From Eledone cirrhosa (lineage: Eukaryota), in assembly GCA_964016885.1 (NCBI GenBank), contig OZ024743.1, forward strand, positions 251,534,001 through 251,598,000: a DNA stretch of 64,000 nt, given 5' to 3'. Every line of letters starts with the position of its first letter. Positions within the stretch are counted from its first letter, which is position 1. The notes under the pieces were generated by a model that made no database searches, was not told the origin of the DNA, and worked only from the letters and a program-made list of their open reading frames with translations. Positions 56,801-64,000 of the stretch are shown here, one piece after another. Made by a program: the position numbers and the translations under genes.

Positions 56801-59800
56801 TACTGTTGTTGTTCCTGTTATTGTTGTTGTTGTTGCTAATGAGTTTGTTGCTACTATTGTTGTTCCTGTTATTGTTGTTGTTGCTAAGGAGGTTGTTGCT
56901 ACTATTCTTGTTCCTGTTATAGTTGTTGATGCTAATGAGGTTGTTGCTATAATTGTTGTTCCTATTATTGTTGATTTTGCTAATGTGGTTGTTGCTGCTA
57001 TTGTTGTTATTGTTGTTGTTGCCAATGTGGTTGTTGCTACTATTGTTTTTCCTGTTATTGTTGTTGTTGCTAATGAGGTTGTTGCTACTGTTGTTGTTCC
57101 TGTTATTGTTGTTGTTGCTAATGAGGTTGTTGCTATAATTGTTGTTCCTATTATTGTTGATTTTGCTAATGTGGTTGTTGCTACTATTGTTGTTATTGTT
57201 GTTGTTGCCAATGTGGTTGTTGCTACTATTGTTATTCCTGTTATTGTTGTTGTCGTTCAAGTTGTTGTTGTTGTTGTTGCCAATGTAGTTGTCGCTACTA
57301 TTGTTGTTCCTCTTATTGATGTTGTTGCTAATGTGTTTGTTGCTACTATTGTTGTTCCGGTTATTGTTGTTGTTGTTGCCAACGTGGTTGTTGCTACTTT
57401 TGTTGTTCCTGTTATTGTTATTGTTGCTAATGTGGTTGTTGCTACGATTGTTGTTTCCGTTATTGTTGTTGTTGTTGCTAATGTGGTTGTTGCTACTGTT
57501 GTTGTTCCTGTTATTCTTATTGTTGCTAATGTGGTTGTTGCTACTATTGTTGTTTCTGTTATTTTTGTTTTGGTTGCTAATGAGGTTGTTGCTACTATTG
57601 TTGTTTCTGTTATTGTTGTTGTTGTTGCCAATGAGGTTGTTGCTACTATTGTTGTTTCTGTTATTGTTGTTGTTGTTGCCAATGAGGTTGTTGCTACTAT
57701 TGTTGTTTCTGTTATTGCTGTTGTTGTTGCTAATGAGGTTGTTTCTACTATTGTTGTTCCTGTTATTGTTGTTGTTGTTGCCAATGAGGTTCTTGCTACT
57801 ATTGTTGTTTCGGTTATTGTTGTTGTTGCTAATGTGGTTGTTGCTACTATTGTTGTTCCTATTATTGTTGTTGTTGTTCCCGTCGTTGTTGTTGTTGCCA
57901 ATGTGGTTGTCGCCTCTATTGTTGTTCCTGTTATTGTTTTTTGTTGTTGCTAATATAGTTGTTGCTACTATTCTTGTTCCTCTTATTGTTGTAGTTGCTA
58001 ATGAGGTTGTTGATACTATTGTTGTTCCTATTATTGTTGTTGTTGTTGCTAATGAGGTTGTTGCTACTGTTGTTGTTGTTGTTGTTTTTGTTGCCAATGT
58101 GTTTGTTGCTACTATTGTTGTTTCTGTTATTGTTGTTGTTGTTGCTAATGAGGTTGTTGCTACTATTGTTGTTCCTGTTATTGTTATTGTTGCTAATGTG
58201 GTTGCTGCTACTATTGTTGTTCCTGTTATATTTTTGTTGCTAATGAGGTGTTGCTACTATTGTTGTTTCTGTTGTTGTTGTTGTTCTTGCCAATGAGGTT
58301 GTTGCTAGTATTGTTGTTCCTGTTATTTTTGTTGTTGCTAATGAGGTTGTTGCTACTATTGTTGTGCCTGTTGTTGTTGTTGCTAATGTAGTTGTTGCTA
58401 CTATTCTTGTTCCTCTTATTGTTATTGTTGCTAATGAGGTTGTTGCTACTGTTGTTGTTACTGTTATTGTTGTTGTTGTTGCCAATGTGTTTGTTACTAC
58501 TGTTGTTGTTCCTGTTATTGTTGTTGTTGTTGCCAATGTGGTTGTTGCTACTATTGTTATTCCTGTTATTATTATTGTTGCTAATGAGGTTGTTGCTACT
58601 ATTGTTGTTGTTGCTAATGAGGTTGTTGCTACTATTGTTGTTCCTGTTTTTGTTGTTGTTGTTGCCAATGTGTTTGTTGCTACTGTTGTTGTTCCTGTTA
58701 TTGTTGTTGTTGTTGCCAATGTGTTTGTTGCTACTGTTGTTGTTTCTGTTATTGTTGTTGTTGTTGCTAATATAGTTGTTGCTACTATTCTTGTTCCTCT
58801 TATTGTTGTAGTTGCTAATGAGGTTGTTGATACTATTGTTGTTCCTATTATTGTTGTTGTTGTTGCTAATGAGGTTGTTGCTACTGTTGTTGTTGTTGTT
58901 GTTTTTGTTGCCAATGTGTTTGTTGCTACTATTGTTGTTTCTGTTATTGTTGTTGTTGTTGCTAATGAGGTTGTTGCTACTATTGTTGTTCCTGTTATTG
59001 TTATTGTTGCTAATGTGGTTGCTGCTACTATTGTTGTTCCTGTTATATTTTTGTTGCTAATGAGGTGTTGCTACTATTGTTGTTTCTGTTGTTGTTGTTG
59101 TTCTTGCCAATGAGGTTGTTGCTAGTATTGTTGTTCCTGTTATTTTTGTTGTTGCTAATGAGGTTGTTGCTACTATTGTTGTGCCTGTTGTTGTTGTTGC
59201 TAATGTAGTTGTTGCTACTATTCTTGTTCCTCTTATTGTTATTGTTGCTAATGAGGTTGTTGCTACTGTTGTTGTTACTGTTATTGTTGTTGTTGTTGCC
59301 AATGTGTTTGTTACTACTGTTGTTGTTCCTGTTATTGTTGTTGTTGTTGTTACTGTTGTTGTTTCTGTTATTGTTGTTGTTGTTGCCAATGTGGTTGTTG
59401 CTACTATTGTTATTCCTGTTATTATTATTGTTGCTAATGAGGTTGTTGCTACTATTGTTGTTGTTGCTAATGAGGTTGTTGCTACTATTGTTGTTCCTGT
59501 TTTTGTTGTTGTTGCCAATGTGTTTGTTGCTACTGTTGTTGTTCCTGTTATTGTTGTTGTTGTTGCCAATGTGTTTGTTGCTACTGTTGTTGTTTCTGTT
59601 ATTGTTGTTGTTGTTGCCAATGTGGTTGTTGCTACTATTGTTGTTCTTGTTGCCAATGTGGTTGTTGCTACTATTGTTATTCCTGTTATTATTATTGTTG
59701 CTAATGAGGTTGTTGCTACTATTGTTGTTCCTGTTATTGTTGTTGTTGCTAATGAGGTTGTTGCTACTATTGTTGTTCCTGTTATTGTTGTTGTTGCTAA

Positions 59801-59975
59801 TGAGGTTGTTGCTACTATTGTTGTTCCTGTTATTGCTGTTGTTGCTAATGAGGTTGTTGCTACTATTGTTGTTCCTGTTATTGCTGTTATTGCTTGCTGC
59901 AAATATTCTTGTTCCTTTTTGTTGTTGCTTATGTCGTTGTTGCTAATAATGTTGTTGTTGTTGTTGTTGTTGTAG
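47860..59975. repeat. 12-kb minisatellite, ~42-51 bp unit GCTAATGAGGTTGTTGCTACTATTGTTGTTCCTGTTATT(GTT)n, with higher-order duplications
   Basis: The unit is visible throughout. Identical ORFs at 57995 and 58812 give an 817-bp duplication; diagnostic variants recur ~3.4 kb apart (50038/53510, 51528/54967). Confidence 0.97.
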
Positions 59976-60330
59976 AGCAAAGTAGATTTATAGACATTGT
60001 TAATATTGTTGCTGTTTTTGTAGAGAAGTAGATAAGTAAATATTTGGTCTTACGTTAATGTTCTTGTTGTTATTGTGGAATAGATAAGTAAATTTTGGGC
60101 ATTTCTCTTGTTAATGTTGTTGTTGAGTCGATAAGTAAATTTGTTACTCAGCTCCATCAACGTAATTATCCAGATGACATCAATTCAATTTGGAAACATT
60201 AGGAAACAGGAAGGATTCCATCATGGAAGCAAGACACCTCCTCAAGCATCACTTAAAGAATTACAATGATATTGAAGCCTACTCAATGAGATGAGAGAGA
60301 CTCTTATGGAATTCATATAGTGTTTAGAAA

Positions 60331-60391
<61 letters not shown>

Positions 60392-61021
60392 ACTATATAT
60401 ATATATATATATAAACACTATATATATATATGTTTCTTTTGTGCATGTATATAGTAAAGATAACTACGTTGAATTGCTGGATTGTGCAGTACATAAACAA
60501 ATGTCACCATATGTCATCAATTGAATTTGGACACATTGGGAAATAGGAAAAATTCCAGCATAAAAGCAAAACACTTCCTGAAGCATCACTTAAAATAATA
60601 CAATGAAAGAGAAGTTTACTCAGAGATGTAAGTGAGACTTATGGAATTTATAAAATGCAGACTTGTGTATGTATGTATGTATTTGTGTGTGTATACAAAC
60701 ATATATATATATATATATGTATTTGTGTATATATATATATATGTATTTGTGTATATATATATATGTATTTGTATATATACATATATATATATTTATATAT
60801 ACATATATATGTATATATATTTGATATATATATATACACACTTATATATACATATACATGTATATATATTTGTATATATATATGTATATTTGTGTGTGTA
60901 TATATATATATATATAACGGAGGAAATGTGGTAAGGAACCAGGTGGACCATAATGCACCAAAGTACTCAATACTTAGGGTAGTAGAGTGGGTAATAGGAA
61001 CGAGTAGGGTTCCTACTCGTT

Positions 61022-61076
<55 letters not shown>

Positions 61077-61229
61077 ATAAATGCTCTGAAATAGCGATAT
61101 ATATATGAATATAGACCTAGAATATTCGAAAATATTCTGTATGTTTATAATAAACATTTTGAAGACCTAATCGCTATAGAATAGAATACGTCACGTATTA
61201 CAATTAGATTCTCGATAAAAGCAAGGGAA

Positions 61230-61272
61230 GTAATCTACGCGTTTCATTCTTGTTAGAATTCATCAGGACTAC
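61230..61272 (-). ncRNA. Type I hammerhead ribozyme (further minus-strand copies at 61540, 61850, 62160, 62470, 62780)
   Basis: Reverse complement of the 63125-63167 motif. Confidence 0.9.
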
Positions 61273-63124
61273 ATATCCAGTGCTTTTATCGAGAATGACA
61301 CAGCTAGAGACTTATAGAATACTTAGCTGTGTACAGGAACTGGTTTGAAAGAGCGGTTGCCGGTCCGGCAGAAATTAGAAATTGGAATAAATGCTCTGAA
61401 ATAGCGATATATATATGAATATAGACCTAGAATATTCGAAAATATTCTGTATGTTTATAATAAACATTTTGAAGACCTAATCGCTATAGAATAGAATACG
61501 TCACGTATTACAATTAGATTCTCGATAAAAGCAAGGGAAGTAATCTACGCGTTTCATTCTTGTTAGAATTCATCAGGACTACATATCCAGTGCTTTTATC
61601 GAGAATGACACAGCTAGAGACTTATAGAATACTTAGCTGTGTACAGGAACTGGTTTGAAAGAGCGGTTGCCGGTCCGGCAGAAATTAGAAATTGGAATAA
61701 ATGCTCTGAAATAGCGATATATATATGAATATAGACCTAGAATATTCGAAAATATTCTGTATGTTTATAATAAACATTTTGAAGACCTAATCGCTATAGA
61801 ATAGAATACGTCACGTATTACAATTAGATTCTCGATAAAAGCAAGGGAAGTAATCTACGCGTTTCATTCTTGTTAGAATTCATCAGGACTACATATCCAG
61901 TGCTTTTATCGAGAATGACACAGCTAGAGACTTATAGAATACTTAGCTGTGTACAGGAACTGGTTTGAAAGAGCGGTTGCCGGTCCGGCAGAAATTAGAA
62001 ATTGGAATAAATGCTCTGAAATAGCGATATATATATGAATATAGACCTAGAATATTCGAAAATATTCTGTATGTTTATAATAAACATTTTGAAGACCTAA
62101 TCGCTATAGAATAGAATACGTCACGTATTACAATTAGATTCTCGATAAAAGCAAGGGAAGTAATCTACGCGTTTCATTCTTGTTAGAATTCATCAGGACT
62201 ACATATCCAGTGCTTTTATCGAGAATGACACAGCTAGAGACTTATAGAATACTTAGCTGTGTACAGGAACTGGTTTGAAAGAGCGGTTGCCGGTCCGGCA
62301 GAAATTAGAAATTGGAATAAATGCTCTGAAATAGCGATATATATATGAATATAGACCTAGAATATTCGAAAATATTCTGTATGTTTATAATAAACATTTT
62401 GAAGACCTAATCGCTATAGAATAGAATACGTCACGTATTACAATTAGATTCTCGATAAAAGCAAGGGAAGTAATCTACGCGTTTCATTCTTGTTAGAATT
62501 CATCAGGACTACATATCCAGTGCTTTTATCGAGAATGACACAGCTAGAGACTTATAGAATACTTAGCTGTGTACAGGAACTGGTTTGAAAGAGCGGTTGC
62601 CGGTCCGGCAGAAATTAGAAATTGGAATAAATGCTCTGAAATAGCGATATATATATGAATATAGACCTAGAATATTCGAAAATATTCTGTATGTTTATAA
62701 TAAACATTTTGAAGACCTAATCGCTATAGAATAGAATACGTCACGTATTACAATTAGATTCTCGATAAAAGCAAGGGAAGTAATCTACGCGTTTCATTCT
62801 TGTTAGAATTCATCAGGACTACATATCCAGTGCTTTTATCGAGAATGACACAGCTAGAGACTTATAGAATACTTAGCTGTGTACAGGAACTGGTTTGAAA
62901 GAGCGGTTGCCGGTCCGGCAGAAATTAGAAATTGGAATAAATGCTCTGAAATAGCGATATATATATGAATATAGACCTAGAATATTCGAAAATATTCTGT
63001 ATGTTTATAATAAACATTTTGAAGACCTAATCGCTATAGAATAGAATACGTCACGTATTCCTGTACACAGCTAAGTATTCTATAAGTCTCTAGCTGTGTC
63101 ATTCTCGATAAAAGCACTGGATAT

Positions 63125-63167
63125 GTAGTCCTGATGAATTCTAACAAGAATGAAACGCGTAGATTAC
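63125..63167 (+). ncRNA. Type I hammerhead ribozyme, GUA triplet (further plus-strand copies at 63435, 63745)
   Basis: GTAGTC-CTGATGA-ATTCT-AACA-AGAAT-GAAACGCGTA-GATTAC. Core intact; helix I GUAGUC/GAUUAC; palindromic ACGCGU helix III; distal 16-bp helix ATTCTCGATAAAAGCA/TGCTTTTATCGAGAAT. Confidence 0.92.
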
Positions 63168-63907
63168 TTCCCTTGCTTTTATCGAGAATCTAATTGTAAT
63201 ACGTGACGTATTCTATTCTATAGCGATTAGGTCTTCAAAATGTTTATTATAAACATACAGAATATTTTCGAATATTCTAGGTCTATATTCATATATATAT
63301 CGCTATTTCAGAGCATTTATTCCAATTTCTAATTTCTGCCGGACCGGCAACCGCTCTTTCAAACCAGTTCCTGTACACAGCTAAGTATTCTATAAGTCTC
63401 TAGCTGTGTCATTCTCGATAAAAGCACTGGATATGTAGTCCTGATGAATTCTAACAAGAATGAAACGCGTAGATTACTTCCCTTGCTTTTATCGAGAATC
63501 TAATTGTAATACGTGACGTATTCTATTCTATAGCGATTAGGTCTTCAAAATGTTTATTATAAACATACAGAATATTTTCGAATATTCTAGGTCTATATTC
63601 ATATATATATCGCTATTTCAGAGCATTTATTCCAATTTCTAATTTCTGCCGGACCGGCAACCGCTCTTTCAAACCAGTTCCTGTACACAGCTAAGTATTC
63701 TATAAGTCTCTAGCTGTGTCATTCTCGATAAAAGCACTGGATATGTAGTCCTGATGAATTCTAACAAGAATGAAACGCGTAGATTACTTCCCTTGCTTTT
63801 ATCGAGAATCTAATTGTAATACGTGACGTATTCTATTCTATAGCGATTAGGTCTTCAAAATGTTTATTATAAACATACAGAATATTTTCGAATATTCTAG
63901 GTCTATA

Positions 63908-63956
<49 letters not shown>

Positions 63957-64000
63957 GGGAAAATGTACAGTTAGGTATATTTGAAAAAAGGTAAAGAATG

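Larger units (their letters stand above)
61071..63920. mobile_element. Retrozyme-like 310-bp tandem array with internal strand inversion, inserted in (TA)n
   Basis: Units start at 61071, 61381, 61691, 62001, 62311, 62621 and 62931 (partial, to 63059). Reverse-complement units start at 63058, 63368 and 63678 (partial, to ~63920). One HHR per unit; units appear identical by eye. Confidence 0.92.

Noticed and set aside
47767-59980. Very long poly-Asn/Leu/Val/Thr ORFs as genes
   Set aside because: They are open in several frames on both strands because of the triplet satellite; there is no unique coding flank and there are repeated frameshifts.
63058-63197. Strand switch as a fold-back sequencing artefact
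   Set aside because: The junction is asymmetric (unit position ~129 joined to ~269), the flanks differ, and older diverged elements show the same layout. Read support is still needed.
61071-63920. CRISPR array or ordinary satellite
   Set aside because: No unique spacers; eukaryotic context; each unit carries an intact HHR.

Overview
AT-rich, repeat-dominated animal genomic DNA. The microsatellite load and the SINE and RTE families look cephalopod/mollusc-like, which is an inference. No host protein-coding gene can be supported. Content: a 5'-truncated Penelope-like element (PLE; RT plus C-terminal GIY-YIG, Hydra-clade-like) at 986-3040 whose 3' end is amplified in tandem; further PLE remnants; many RTE-clade LINE fragments; tRNA-derived SINEs; a decayed pogo (POGK/Passer-like) DNA transposon; and a 12-kb triplet-based minisatellite that produces the long poly-N/L/V/T ORFs. 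The main finding is a set of type I hammerhead-ribozyme (HHR) elements inserted mostly at (TA)n tracts as head-to-head palindromes, always with the ribozyme-sense 3' ends pointing outward. The best example is an apparently identical 310-bp retrozyme-like tandem array at 61071-63920 (9 HHRs) that switches strand at 63058-63059. Older palindromes at 3.05, 6.6, 27.6 and 32.4 kb share this architecture. A second notable structure is a 3.7-kb concatemer of five bipartite RTE-derived elements from two families enclosed by one 12-bp target-site duplication. All calls were made by eye, without database searches.
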